A stretch of DNA of 64,000 bases. It comes from Camelus dromedarius (taxonomy: Eukaryota). The notes beneath the pieces are model-generated. The model ran no database searches. It was not told the origin of the DNA and saw only the letters and a program-made list of their open reading frames with translations. Position numbers and translations under genes: made by a program. Positions 23,329 through 36,619 of this stretch are shown one piece after another. The stretch covers positions 121,706,001 through 121,770,000 of the forward strand of contig NC_087436.1 in NCBI RefSeq assembly GCF_036321535.1, written 5' to 3'. Every line of letters begins with the position of its first letter. Position 1 is the first letter of the stretch.

Positions 23329-23784
23329 GGACCCCAGAACAGGCCGGAGGTGCTTTGGAGCCTTCACCTCGGCCCTCCTCGGCCAGAGGGAACTTCCGGT
23401 GGGGCTGGAGGCAGAGGGGAGGGTGTGAGCGTGTGTGCCTGGGAAGGCCCAGCTTCGCTTCTGATGTGGGGCTCGGTCTCCCAAGCCATCAGGCCAAGAC
23501 CGTGACAGTCTGTGCAGGAACGCCCACAGGCCAGCACGCCAGCCCTGCCCAGCTGTGCCTGGGGGTGCTGCAGCTTGCTGGGAAGAGGTGGGCTGCCGTG
23601 GGGCCACGTGTGTGGTCCCCAGGGTGGAAGCCCCGCCCCCACCAGGAGGCGTGTGTAGCCCAGCACCGTGACGGCACGTCGGCCACCGCAGAGCCCTGTG
23701 TCTGCACTGAAAGACATTGCATTGCAGTGTTTGTTGTGTATCCGGAAGATACAACTCATTTATTTCACATTTACTTATTTTTAT

Positions 23785-23790
23785 AATAAA
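23785..23790 (+). terminator. TNIP2: TNIP2 polyadenylation signal AATAAA
   Basis: First AATAAA after the stop (~460 nt of 3'UTR), preceded by a U/A-rich stretch. Confidence 0.8.
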
Positions 23791-24149
23791 CGTACTTGCT
23801 ACAGTGTCTGCTCTGAGACCATGTTGGGGGCTGGGTGCAGGGACCTGGCAGCATTTCCATCTGGGCAGGGGCTGGACCAGTGCGAGAAGAAACACTCCTA
23901 CTGTTTGACACCTGCTGGTGCCCTCAAAAGAGGGTCGGTGGTGGGTCCAGTCACTTCGCCTCTGTGGTTGGCCTGCTTTAGCCCTGCCCAGGGTGTGAAG
24001 TTGCGGGCTGGAAACGAGGCGGGAGGAAGCAGCCTTGCAGGTGGCGGACTGCTCGCGGCGTCCCATGGGGTCAGGTTGCTGGGGCAGCTGTGTTGACGCA
24101 GTTAACCCTCACAGCCATTCCAAGAGGGAGGTACTGCTGTCATCTCAGC

Positions 24150-24215
24150 ATGGGTGTGGATGATGAGGCACAGAGGGATAAGGTCACTTGCCCAAAGTCA
24201 CACAGTAGCTAGGTG
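24150..24215 (-). mobile_element. MIR core fragment
   Basis: tgaggcacagagggataaggtcacttgcccaaagtcacacagtagctag is the reverse complement of the MIR core. Confidence 0.7.
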
Positions 24216-26711
24216 ACAAAGCTGGCTCCCAAGCGCACGTTCGTCGCTGCACGGTCTGCACGTCCTGTGTGGAGTCAGCATGAAGGGCTAACGCTGGGAG
24301 CACCTGCTGCCTCGGCCTGCACCGCTCTCGCAGCCTTTCCGTTTACTCCAGCCTCCTCCAGCTGCAGTTCGGGTGTCCCCTCCTCTGTGGGATTCCCCGA
24401 GCACCCGTCTTGCCAGGAAACCAACTGGAAGCGATCAGGCTGTGTTGTGAGGTGCTATCACTGCCACAGAAAGCCTCCGTCTCACTGCCCTGAGGAGCTG
24501 GAGGAGTTTGCAGAACCCTCGGCACTGGAAATAGCTGGGAGCATCGGAGAGAAGGGAGCCGCAGGAAGGCCGCCCTCATATCCGTGGCCGGCCTCCAGTC
24601 GCGCAGGTTTGGAGTAAGACTGAAAATTCTGGGGCGAGAACAGCAGCTGGAAAGCAGGCCGAGCAGAGCAGGGCTCCCCACGGCTGCGCACTGCCGGGGG
24701 ACGGCTCGAAGCCGAGTCCCGGGAGGTCAGAGTGGCTGCTAAACGCCTGGATTCTCCTCTCAGACCCTCAAAAGGCCGCATTTTAGGGGTAGAGTGGATA
24801 TCCTGGGACAAAATGGAAACAGGCAACCAGCCAGTAATTCACTGCCCTGTTGGAACAAAATCTGGTTTTCTTCAGAAACAGGTAGTGGAATCCAGGACCT
24901 TACACCACATGAACTGCAAGTCCAGGGTACAGTTAAAAAAAAACCCAAAAAACTAGACGTAAGAAATGAAGGATGACGATGCAGACATACACGAGCTAAC
25001 AAAATTCATACCCAGCAGACTGTACTACAAGAAGTAAGTATACAGTGGAAATATTTTAGGTTAAAGGGAAGTGATTCTATAGAAAGGCAAACGAAGGAAG
25101 AGCATGGGAATGGGCAGGTGTGCATGACTCGTGGCCGTTCCGGCAGTAACGTCTTGCGGGTTTAAAGCGTTGCAGACGTGGCTGCAAGAGCTTTCTAGGT
25201 GGGTGTGGGGAGTGTTTCATGAACTTACACAGTTATAAGGGTTTTGCACTGACTTACAGCAGACCGTAATGAATTAAGGAGACAATCTCTAGGGTAACCA
25301 CTGAAATAATAATGAAACTACTGAATTAAAAAGCTAATAGAACAGAAAAATAATGTTTTTATTAATTCAAAGCAAGACAAGTTAGGAGAACTAAAGGAAG
25401 GAGGAAGAGGTGAGAGACAGAAGATAGTTGGCAAGACTGTAGCCTTAAACCCAGCTATGTCATAATTACATTAAAAGTAAACAGACCAAACATTCTGATT
25501 GAAGGACAATGATTGTCACACCAGACGAAAATATGTCTCACCTGTATGCTCATCGCAAAAGATACACTTTAAACGTGGGAACCCGACTGGAACAGATAGA
25601 AGAGGCACACCACACCCACGGTAAACAAGAACACGAGCATGAGCATCAGACAAAGTGGACTTTAAGTCAAAAAATACTACCCGAAGCAGAGCGGCACTGC
25701 ATCATGATACAAGGGCAAGTGTGTCAGGAATACACAACATTCCTAACCTTGTGTAGAGGTAATAATACAAAGCAGAAGAACTGACAAATGTGTAACCATG
25801 GAGGCTTTAACGTACCTAGCTCAGTGACTGATACACAAGCAGGGGAAAAGCCAGGATACAGAAGATTTAACCAACACTATTAATCTACTTGGTCTGATTT
25901 CAAATTTAGAACATTACATCCAACAAAAGCTAACTATAATTTTTTTCAGGTATACACAGAATGCTTATTACCAAAAGAGAGAAGTTTGGTGAACCATAAA
26001 ACAAGTCACAGCGTATTCCAAAAAACAGAATCACTGAATTTATGATCTCTGACTATAGTGAAATTAAACCATATCTCAATAACAGAAAGATAACTACTAA
26101 ATTTCCAACATATTTCTAAACGGTCCATGGGAAAAATAATCACAACGGAGATTAGAAAATATTTTGAGCTGAATGAAAATAAAAATACAACTTGCTAAGA
26201 AGTATGGAACACAGCTAAAGAGATGATTAAGGGAAGTTTCATAGCGCGAAAGGCATGTGTTAGAAATGAAGAGAGGGTAAACTTCAGTGATCCAAGTGCT
26301 CATCGCAGGAAGCTGGGAAAAGGCCTGCAAATTAAACCCAAGTAAGACGGAAGGAAATAGTAAAAGTGAAAGTCAATGAAATAGAAAGCAGAGGAAAAAC
26401 CAACAATGTCAAGAATTAGTTCTTTTACATAGTAATAGAACTGATATACCCATAGCATGACCGATAAGAAAAAAAGAGAAAACAAATGGTTAATGTCAGG
26501 AATGAAAAGGGAGGGACATCACTAGCGATCACTTAGATATTAACAAGATACTTAGAGGATAGTATGAACAATTTATAAAGCTGATAAATCTCACAGCTTT
26601 GATGAAATGGATAAAGTCCTTGAAAAACACAACTTACTAAAACTGGCACAAGAAGAAATAGAAATCCTGAATAGCCCTATTTCCATTAAATAGATTGTAG
26701 GTAAAAATCTC

Positions 26712-27715
26712 CAATCCAAAAATGAGCAGAAGANNNNNNNNNNNNNNNNNNNNNNNNNNNNNNNNNNNNNNNNNNNNNNNNNNNNNNNNNNNNNNNNNNN
26801 NNNNNNNNNNNNNNNNNNNNNNNNNNNNNNNNNNNNNNNNNNNNNNNNNNNNNNNNNNNNNNNNNNNNNNNNNNNNNNNNNNNNNNNNNNNNNNNNNNNN
26901 NNNNNNNNNNNNNNNNNNNNNNNNNNNNNNNNNNNGTTGGTGGGAATGTAGTTTGGTGCAGCCATTATGGAAAACAGTATGGAGATTTTTAAAAAAACTG
27001 TAAATACTTACCTTTTGATCCAGCAATCCCACTCCTGGGTATATAGCCGAAGGGAACTCTAATTTGAAAAGATACATGCACCCCAGTGTTCATAGCAGCA
27101 CTGTTTACAATAGTCAGGACATAGAAGCAACCTAATGTCCACTGACGGATGACTGGATAAANNNNNNNNNNNNNNNNNNNNNNNNNNNNNNNNNNNNNNN
27201 NNNNNNNNNNNNNNNNNNNNNNNNNNNNNNNNNNNNNNNNNNNNNNNNNNNNNNNNNNNNNNNNNNNNNNNNNNNNNNNNNNNNNNNNNNNNNNNNNNNN
27301 NNNNNNNNNNNNNNNNNNNNNNNNNNNNNNNNNNNNNNNNNNNNNNCAATAATGAACCCATCTACAAAACAGAAACAGAGTTGCAGACAGTAAATTTTAT
27401 GGTTGTGAGGGGGAAAAGGGTGGGAAGAGATAAATTTGGGAGTTTGAGATTTGCAAAGGTTAACCACTGTATATAAAAATAGATTAAAAAAATTTCTTTT
27501 GTACAGCACAGGGAACTATATTCAGTATCTTGTAATAACCTTTAATGAAAAAGAATATGAATAGGAATATATGTATAGATATGCATGACTGGGACATTAT
27601 GCTGTATGCCAAAGATCGACACATTGTAACTGACTGTACTTCAATAAATAATTTAAAAATCCACCTATTTAATAATGAGTTTCTAAACTCATTATTAAAA
27701 AAAGAAAAAAAAAAA
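26712..27715 (+). mobile_element. Young 5'-truncated L1 (camelid-like 3' end) with A-tail
   Basis: ORF2 C-terminus WWECSLVQPLWKTVWRFLKKL. The 3'UTR reads gataaatttgggagtttgagatttgc...gcatgactgggacattatgctg...gtaactgactgtacttcaat. A-tail at 27697-27715; possible short TSD aaaaatctc/aaaaacctc. Confidence 0.85.
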
Positions 27716-28542
27716 CCTCTCTTCACAAAGAAAATTATAGGCCCAGATGACTTCAGTGGTGAATTTTTCCTAACGTCTAAGAAAGATATACCAATCCTAC
27801 AGACACTCAGGGAATAGAAAGTGGGAATGTTTCCCAGCTCATTTTATGACACTAAAACGTGAGAGAGAAGGCAAGAAAGAAAGAGACAGACCACTATCTC
27901 ATGAACATAGACGCAAAAATCCTAAAGAAGATGTTAAATTGAATTCAGCAATGTAAAAAAGGATAATACATTATAACCAAGTGAAATGTTTACTATAGGA
28001 TACAAAATTGTTTGCTATAAAATCCCCCACTAATTCACTATTATAATAGAGGAGAAACCATATGGTCATCTCAGAAGCAGCAGAAAAAGCATATGACAAA
28101 ATTCAGTACCCACTCATGGTAACAACACTCAGCAAATTAGGAACAGAAGAATTTCCTCAATCTGATCAAGGTGTGTGTCCCCCAAACCTGTAGCTGACTT
28201 TATACCTGACGGTGGAGTGCTGACCGCTGTCCTCGTTGTGGTTCTCATCAAGGCAAAGTGTTCACGCTCCTCGCTGCAATCCCATATTGTACACGAGGTC
28301 CTACGTAGCACAGTAAGGGGAAAAAAAGAGTGAAAGAATAAAAAATCAGAAAAGGAGAAATAAAACTGTCCCCATTCAGATGACAAGATTATGTATGTAG
28401 AACATCCTAGGGGATCTTAAGAAAAAAGTTTAGAATAATTAAGTCAAATTGACCAACTCAAGATACAAAGTCAGTGTATGAAAAATCTACTGTATTTCTT
28501 ATTATATATTTGCAACAACTGGAAAAGCAAATTAAAAAAACT

Positions 28543-28989
28543 TGTTCTGGGTTGAATTGTGTCTCGCCAAAGGATACTCTGACCAGAAGACGTTGAAGTG
28601 CTAACTCCAGAACCTGTGAATGTGACCTCATTTGGAAATAGAGTCTTTGCAGATCTAACCTAAGGTGACGTCATGCTGGATTAGGGCGGGTCCTAAATCC
28701 CATGACTGGTGTCCTTACAGGAAAAGGGCAGAGACACGCCCAGGGGAGAAGCCCACATGAGGCCTGAGGCAGGGCTGGAGAGGGGCGTCTGTCGGCCAAG
28801 GAGCACCGAGGATCGCCGGTGACCGCCAGACGCTGGGATTGCGGCATGGAGCGGACGGTTCCTCGCAGCCTCTGGAAGGAACCAATCCTGGAATTTCGAT
28901 TCATATCCTGTAGGACTGTGAGAGAGTAAATTTGTTCTCAGCACCTAGTTTGTGGCACTTTGTTAAGGGAGCCCCAGGAAGCTAATGCG
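28543..28989 (+). mobile_element. MLT1 (MaLR) solo LTR nested in L1
   Basis: Starts tgttctgggttgaattgtgtc, contains cctgtgaatgtgacctcatttggaaatagagtctttgcagat, ends tttgtggcactttgttaagggagccccaggaagctaatg. Confidence 0.9.
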
Positions 28990-29375
28990 TGACTCTGCTT
29001 ATGAATGTCAGAAACATTAAATGCTTAGAAAAAAATGTATCAAAAGTGTGCAAAACCTTTAATAAAAGCTACAAAATATTGCTGAGAGAAATTCAAGAGC
29101 AGCTAACTCTGAACAGACCCCACGTTCACAGCCTGGGAGCTCAGGAGTCTCCTGATGTCGTTTCTTCCCCAGCGGGTCTGTAGACTCAGCACAGCCTCAG
29201 TCACGGCCCCGGCAGGCTTTTATGATGAACTGATTTTAGAATTGGTGCCTTCTGTTCCCTCCTCTCCCAGGACCCCAGTCTCATGTCTGTCAGAATGCTC
29301 GACGAAGCCCAACGGGCCATGTCCCCACTGCTGGTGGCTTCTGTTTCCATGCCATGAAGTTCACAGGCATTTTCT

Positions 29376-30480
29376 TGTGAGGTTTCTAATCTGCTGTTAA
29401 TTGTATCCAGGGTATTTTTCACTTCAGATTTTTTCTTTTGGGTCTTTTCTGTATCATCCATTTCTTCATCTTGTTCATGTTTGCCTTTATATTTATGAGC
29501 AGATTTGTGAGATCTGTAATAGCCCTTTTTAAGGATTTCGTCTGCAGATGCACCATCTTTAGGTCTGTTTCTGTTTGATATTTCTCCTGATTAAGGTTTA
29601 TGTTTTCCTTCTTTGCATGGCCTGCTAATTTTTGCCTGGACTCCGTCATCGTGTGTCTTACTTAGTTTGTCACTCAGGGTAGTTTGTATTTCTTTTTAAA
29701 GAATGTTGGACTTTGTTCTTGCTAGCAGTTCAGTTGCTCAGGACCTGTTTGATCCTTCTGAGGCTAAATTTAGATCCCACACTAGGGCTAACGCAGCCCC
29801 ACTGCCGAGGTGATTCCGCCCGCGTGTCAGCAGGTCTCTCCGCAGCTGCTGGAAACTCAGTCTGTTTCAGCGCTACTGCTCTCTGGTGGTTTCCCCCTGG
29901 ACTGATGGAATTTTATGCCACACAAGCACAGATCCGTACACTTGAGGGGATGCTCTGCAGATCCGTGTGCGGCCCCGTCCTGGCTGGAACGCTGCCCCGC
30001 AGACGCCAGCCAGCCTGCTGGCCCCTGCCTCCGCTACGCAGCAGTCCCGCGGGGCTCCCCCGAGGCCGGGGCCTGGAACCTGCCTGCAGGCGGGAAGCTG
30101 GAGCCCTTGAGGGCTCCACCTGTTCCCTGCCCGTCCCCCAGGAAACATGCCATGGGCTAGCTCTTCCAGCATCCAAAAGCACCGTTAAGAAAATGCCCTC
30201 GGTTTTACAGTCGTTTACAGCAGGACGGTTTCCACGGCACTTCGCCCTTCCCAGGCACTGCCGTCCGCAGGCCCGTCCAGGCGCAGCCCCAGCCGGGCGC
30301 CGGCGCGCGCCCCTCGCCTTGACCGACGCCGCTCCGCACGGCTCCCAGGCACACGGCGCCCCCCCACGCAGCTCGGGGGCTGTTGTGAGGGTGCGCTCTT
30401 CACTTCACACTTCAGAACCGTCTGCAGCTTCCCGCCGTGCTGTGTCGCGCCCCATGGCGCTGCTCACTCTTACTGTGACG
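29376..30480 (-). mobile_element. Old L1ME/L1M5-type ORF1 and 5' region, GC-shifted
   Basis: Antisense ORF1-like text at 29400-29750, and cacaagcacagatccgtacacttgaggggatgctctgcagatcc, which resembles L1ME 5' regions. Confidence 0.55.
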
Positions 30481-32622
30481 GTGGATCCGAACAGTCAGGA
30501 ACTGCCTGGGGTGTAGTTACTCCCACCCGTCACTCTGTCTTTGAGACAGTAAAACAGTACGAGCTGTGGGAAGTTCTTTCATCTCCTTTAAAACAACGTA
30601 CTAATGAAACTAAGCGCTAACCCTCGCTGCCGTGATATGGTTTTTAACGGATGCGTGTGTAGGCGGAGTTCAGTAAAAGGACATTTGAACTGCTTCTCTT
30701 CTAGCTGTTACTTTATTTCATCTGAAGATGACTCAGCATCGTGACCTGCGTGAGGTTCCCCCGGAGGCGGACCCCCAGGAGCAGGACTCGGACGTCCCGC
30801 AGGCACAGCTGGGCCGCAGGCACAAGTCCCCAGCTCGGCTGTGCTGAGGCCTGGGCCCGCCCCCGCGGACCGAGAAGGGCTGAGCTTGGGCGTCTCCCTC
30901 TGCCCTCCACCCACCTCGAACCCCTCAGCGGTCCTGAGCCCATCCTGATAACTGGACTGGTCCAGGGACGTGCCCTTGAGGAAAGATCCAGAACGCTAGG
31001 GCTGGGGCTTGCACGATTGGTGGGGCTTGCAGGAATCTGGGTCCGAGGGGCCAAGAGTCCAGGTGGGCCAGCAGGCCTGGGCGCTGGGCAGAGCAGGGCC
31101 GTGGAAATGGCAGGTGGGGCCCCCCAGGGGGCTGAGTGGGGGGCGCCCAGGGACCCTTCACCACTCGGGGCTCTGAAAGTCCCTGCTCACAACACCGCTG
31201 GGGGCCTGCGGTTCTCCTCAGCAGCCAGAGTGGCCCCACAGACAGGGGAGCCAAGGCCCGAGGTGGGCTGAGCCCTGGCAGGACCTGGACTGTCCATGGG
31301 GAGAACAGGCCCCACCCGGGAACCCCACCCTTGCTCTCACCACGAGGCCCGGCTTCAGGGTCCTGGGGGACGCGGCAGGGTCTCTGCCACTCCGCGTGGT
31401 CGTGGCGTGGTCTCAGCTTCTCCCTTTGCAGATCACTCTCCCACCCAGAGAAAACAGAACAAGCAAGCCAGCCTCTCGACCCCACTTCCCCTCTGCCTAC
31501 TGGTCCCTTCCCTGCTCCCTGCAGACCAGCTTCCTTGGGCTCCGGTCAAGGTCACCTCAGCACTGGAGCCCCATGGCCAGTCCCTGGGCCTCAACTTGAC
31601 CCCAGCAGCCCCATCCCGGCCATTCTCTCCCTGTTCCTCCACCTCCAGGATGCCCTCAACCATACCTGCCTCTGACGCCTGGTTCTGGGGCTCGGAACTG
31701 TCCTGTCTGCATTGCGGGCTGGTGAGCTGAGGCTTTCTGTCCCAGGGGCCAGACACTTCACCCGGGTGTGTGATGGGCGCCCCAGACTCCCCCCTTCCAG
31801 GGTGCACACCCCGTCCGCCAGGGAGCCCTGTGGCTCCAACTGCCAGGATGTCTCCAGAGGCCAGACCTTTGCACCCTCTCTCTGGCTAAGAGCTGGGCCA
31901 GGCACATCTCCACTCACCAATGGGCCCTCACACGTGCACAGAGGCAGGTTTACAAGAGGCTGGGGCAGTGGGAGCTACGGAGTGTTCTAGGGGCTGAGTG
32001 GGAGCCAGACCACAAACTGCCAACAGCTCAGAAGGGGCCACGCTGGGGTTCCTTTTTCACTTTAGGTACCATTCACCTTATTGCTAATTTATACCTAGTT
32101 AAATATTTGTAGTTTCTCACTGTTTTATTAGGGGTCATGAACCCCCCAAAACTGGATGGGCACCTGCCTACAGGCCCCTACATAAGCCCAGCCCATGACC
32201 CACTCCCCTCTTTGCACTGCCACCCTCAGCTCCCGAGGTCTGAATGCAGTGCTCCCCGCTAGGCCTTCCTCGACCACCCCGGAGGGACTGCCTCCCGGGC
32301 CCCCCACCCCACTGTGCTCTCGGCCCTCCCCACTGCAGCCCGCTGAGGCTCTGGTGGGGCCTGGGCCTGTGTGGCTCGCCAGGGCCCCAGACAACCTGCT
32401 GAATATGGAGGACAGTGAGGGCACCGGGAACCCCAAGCCACTGCTGGGGTGACCCGGGGATGCTCCGGGGCTGGTGGCCTGGGTTCCCCTTGGGGGCACA
32501 GCCGCCAGCCTGCCCGCCCGCCCCCTCCCTGCCACACTCCCCGGCGCCCCCAGCAGAAAGCAACCAGACGAAGTCTGCTGCTTGTACTAATGTATTCCAT
32601 CTTTCAAAAAGAAAGACATGAT

Positions 32623-32628
32623 TTTAAT
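32623..32628 (-). terminator. FAM193A: Likely FAM193A polyadenylation signal ATTAAA (a more distal AATAAA lies at 32124-32129)
   Basis: The minus strand reads ...gttaagtaatATTAAAatcatgtctttctttttg, at the end of an AT-rich block ~560 nt after the stop. Confidence 0.6.
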
Positions 32629-33186
32629 ATTACTTAACAATATGTTAAAAAAGTAGCCAGGCAGGCCTCCGTGTTAGTACAGTCGTACGCGCTCTAACAG
32701 ACTTGACGGTGTGAGCACTGGTGGCTTGGCTTCTGGACCTTCTCATCTGCAGGGGTCTTGCACAGCTGGCTACGAGTCGGGGGTCGGACACGGACAGTGT
32801 GACGTGTACACTCAAACAGTAGGTCGTGGAGGAGCGAGAGCCCTGCCCCCCGGCCGCCTCGGGTGAGACGCGCGGCCCAGAGAGCTGAGCGTGCGACGCC
32901 CCCGCGGGGATGGACGGCGGGCCAGGGCGAGATGCGGAGGCGACGGGGCTGGGTGGTGACGCAACTCGTCCAAGGCCCTGGCCTGCCTCCGAGGCCGCGG
33001 AGGTGGAAGGGCTGGCGGAGCTGCGGTTCCGATCCGACGGCACAGGGCTCGGGTCGGCGGCTCACTCAGACCACACACACAGAGCGAGGACGGGCGAGCA
33101 GCAAGTTCTCGGGCGGGGCGGGGCTCGGGGCTGCGGCCCCCCGGCCTGGCCGCCCGCCTGCGCGTCCCTCTCCAGGCCGCCCTCGT

Positions 33187-33354
<168 letters not shown>

Positions 33355-36300
33355 TCATGGCGGGGACGGGCCCCGGCCGGCACCCTGGACATCCTCTGGG
33401 GCTTTGTGTCCGTCACCCTGCGCTTCAAGGAAGGGCTGAAGGAAGCTTCCCACGAGCCCATCTGAGAATCGGAAGCTGGGGTCGAAGCCGGGCTCTGCCG
33501 GCGGCCACCACCCTACCCCCCGGGCCCCGGAGACCCCGGCCTCCCCTCGTCTGTCCTCAGGGTCACCGGTGATGTGACTCGAAACAAGCACTTCCAGGGC
33601 GAGACGCAGCCACACGCCCCCCGCCCGGCTCTGGAGCAAACGTGCTGAGCGTGCTTCCCAGGCAGTGGAGGCCAATTTCTGTGTCATATGAAGCGAAGAA
33701 CATTGTCTTTCAAAATCCTTTCCTTTGCACATTTCCTCAAGTTCTCACCCTTCCAGCACTAACTTGGGTAGCAGGAATTTGAATCAAACCTGAAAACGGT
33801 ACTGTTGTCACTTGTCCAGCAGGTAAAAGGAAGTGTTTTTGCTTAAACTGTGGCTAAATAATTTCACCACAATCGGTGGTGCGGCTTGCCTGATGGGCTC
33901 TGTCCGGGCAGAGGAAGCCCCCGCCACGCTGCCCCCCCCCCCACCCCCCGGGAAGGGCTGCGCCGTGTCGCAGAGCCCAGATTCCTTCCCTGACCACAGC
34001 TGGTCAAGCCCCAAGTCCTCGTGATGTTACCCTTTAAAACTTCTGGAAGCTCCCACCTCTGTGTCTACCGTCTCCCCTCAGCTCTGGCGACAGCCTCCCA
34101 GCGGTGTCCACTGCTGCATGTGCCTGGACCCCTTGCTCTTCACAGCAGCTGGATGCCCGGGGTCCTCGTCCGCGCCCTGCTCCCAGCCGCTCAGGGAAGT
34201 GCTCCGGGCTGACCCGGAGCAAGGCTCGCACCGGCTTCCTGCAGCACAGGGCGCCAGAGCCCAGTGTGACCTGGCTGGTGTCCCCCCCACCCCCCAGCTC
34301 CTCTCTGGACACTACCTCCCGTCAGGCCTCCGTGTTTCAACTGGGGACTATGTCATGCACACGGACGTACACACGTCCAGAACACGCAAAAGCCTGGGCG
34401 ACGGCCGCCAGGTCAGGACACCCACACTGCCAGCCCGGGAGGTGGCTGCTGCCCCAGCCCTTGGGAGGACCAGCCCCCATTGGTCTTTGTAGTTTCACGA
34501 CTCCCACAGGAGCCCCCGGCGATAACCTGCGCTGACTTTGCACCATGTTTTTTCACATTGGTTCTTTCACTCAACACTAAGTTTGTGCAACTCCCCCACG
34601 TGACTACAGTCTGTTCACTTTTGCGGTTGTAAGGACACACTGCCCCGAACGGACAGACAAGTGGACGATGCGCTCACAAGCGGTGGGGCGGCCTGAGGGC
34701 CGCCCCGGTCAGGGGGCCACCCACTCCCCAGGGCGGCCATAGTGTCGTCCGGCCGCTTGGCATCAGATCGGTCTTCCCTGAGCGGTCCTTGGCACCAGTC
34801 CTTCGTGACGTGAGGCAAGTACCGCCTTCCCACTTCCTTAAAGCAAACTGTTGACTTTAATGCGTTCAGTTTACCAATCGTTTATTTGATGGTTGATATC
34901 TCCTTAGAGACATCTTCCCCTGCTCTGAGGTCCAGAAGACACTCATTCACCTGTACCCCAAATTATAAGGTAAGCTCTGGACACAGAACCTGAACCCATC
35001 TGGAGCGGACCTCTGGGGGAGGTATGGGCGGGGACCCGACTTCAGTTTTCCTCACAGAGGCAGCACCCTCCCAGCTCCATCCACCCACCCGCCTGCACCT
35101 CCCCAGCACCTGCCCGGCCACCTCCCGGGTACACACAGGTCTCCCTGGGCACCAGGACCAACATGCCTGCCCACGGGCAGGAGAGGAGCCTCCCCCGCTC
35201 CTCCTCTTCTCCTAGGCGGGCATTAGTTGGTACTTTACAATTCCCTTCTTTTTTGGCAAATGTGACACACACAGCGGGACGTAAAAGAACCGAGTGTGAA
35301 ACACAGAGACTCACTGCAGAGCACACGCCGTGGCCACCAGGCCGAGCTGTGGGCCCCGCCTGCCGCCCTTGCCACAGCTCTCCTCACCTCGAAGCCATAA
35401 CGGCTCTGCCTTCCACATCGACTGTTCCTCTTGGTTTTCTTACAGTCTTAACACCTTCGTGTGCGCCCTGAACCGTGCACTTCGTCTCCTGAAACAGGCT
35501 CTAGTGAGGCCGAATTTATGTGCAAGGACCTGCAGTCAGTGTGGAGCCTGGGGTGCCGACAAGTCCACGCATCCAGGAAATCGTCACCTCAGAGCCACAG
35601 CACCCCCTCAACCCCCACGGCCCCCAGGCCGCCCTGCCGCCCGGCCCTGGGCCAGCACCGGCCTGTTGTCCGTCACCGTGGAGGAGTCTGTGACATCTGG
35701 AATCCTGCACCGGCAGGTCCGGCCTCCTGCGTGGGGCCCCGCTGGCCTCGGGCGGGGGAGCGCGGGCGGGCGGGCTGTTCTTCTGTGTGGACATCTGGGC
35801 TGCTCCCAGTTTGGGGCTACACATGAGACTTCCAGGAGCACGCGGGGACAAGTCTGTGCGGGTGCACACTCACTCCTCCTGGGCAGGCCCCCCGGGGCGG
35901 TGCTGCTGCGCTGAGTGGCAGGTGTGTTGAACAGCGGACTTCAGTTCTGCCTAATTTTAACTTCCTATAAATAGGGTATCATGTACATCCTTGTGTGCTC
36001 TCAACATCCAGTTTGTAAGATGCACGGAGTTGTGTCACACAATGCTCTGGTTTGTTCTCTTCTGTTGCTGTAACAGCCCACGTACGACTGTGTCACAATG
36101 TACCCATCCCAGCATGTTTCAGAAACACTGTGTGAAGGTCCACAAAACCCTCATCGGGTTTTAAATCTCGGATACATTCCGGGAAACCTGACAGTGCAGT
36201 GATTCTAACACGTCCCACGAATGAGCAGACAGACATGCTGTGCCCGGGTCCTCAACGCTCCTCCGTGAAGTTCCCCGTCTTCTGTGCACAAGTCCCGTGC

Positions 36301-36619
36301 AACTCCTGTTAGACTTGCCCACAGACACCGCACAGATTCTGGCACTGTTATAAATGCTAGCTTTATTTAAACTGCATTCCTGAATTATTGATGGTGTAGA
36401 GAAAAACAAGTCACTTCTGCACCCCTGTCCCACAGCCAGGCTCCTGCTAGACTGTCCTGGGCATGCTTCTGTGACTCCCCGTTAAGACAGTCATCCCCTT
36501 CCCAGCCCTTGTGCCATCAACTCCTTGCCGCGCCTCCCGCGCCCACGGGGAACCACGCTCAGGGCTGGGCAGAGGCAGCCACAGGGCGTCTTTGTTCTGT
36601 GCGCGCTTCCACATCTTTC

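Larger units (their letters stand above)
3029..27347. other. 13 runs of N (about 135-200 nt each), all inside L1 copies
   Basis: Runs start at 3029, 14488, 14662, 14853, 15278, 15498, 16167, 16358, 16617, 16873, 17856, 26734 and 27163. L1 text continues in order across them. Confidence 0.95.
24950..29130 (+). mobile_element. Old L1M relic (ORF1 end and ORF2 EN/RT), interrupted by a young L1 and an MLT1
   Basis: A-rich sense L1 ORF2 text, e.g. ggcccagatgacttcagtggtgaatttttc and atatggtcatctcagaagcagcagaaaaagcatatgacaaaattcag. It resumes after each insertion. Confidence 0.85.

Noticed and set aside
23122-24066. 314-aa minus-strand ORF over the TNIP2 3' end
   Set aside because: Antisense shadow of GC-rich exon and UTR sequence, low complexity, no homology I recognise.
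29713-30516. 267-aa plus-strand ORF in the intergenic region
   Set aside because: It lies in a GC-shifted L1 5' relic; stop scarcity is expected at this GC content.
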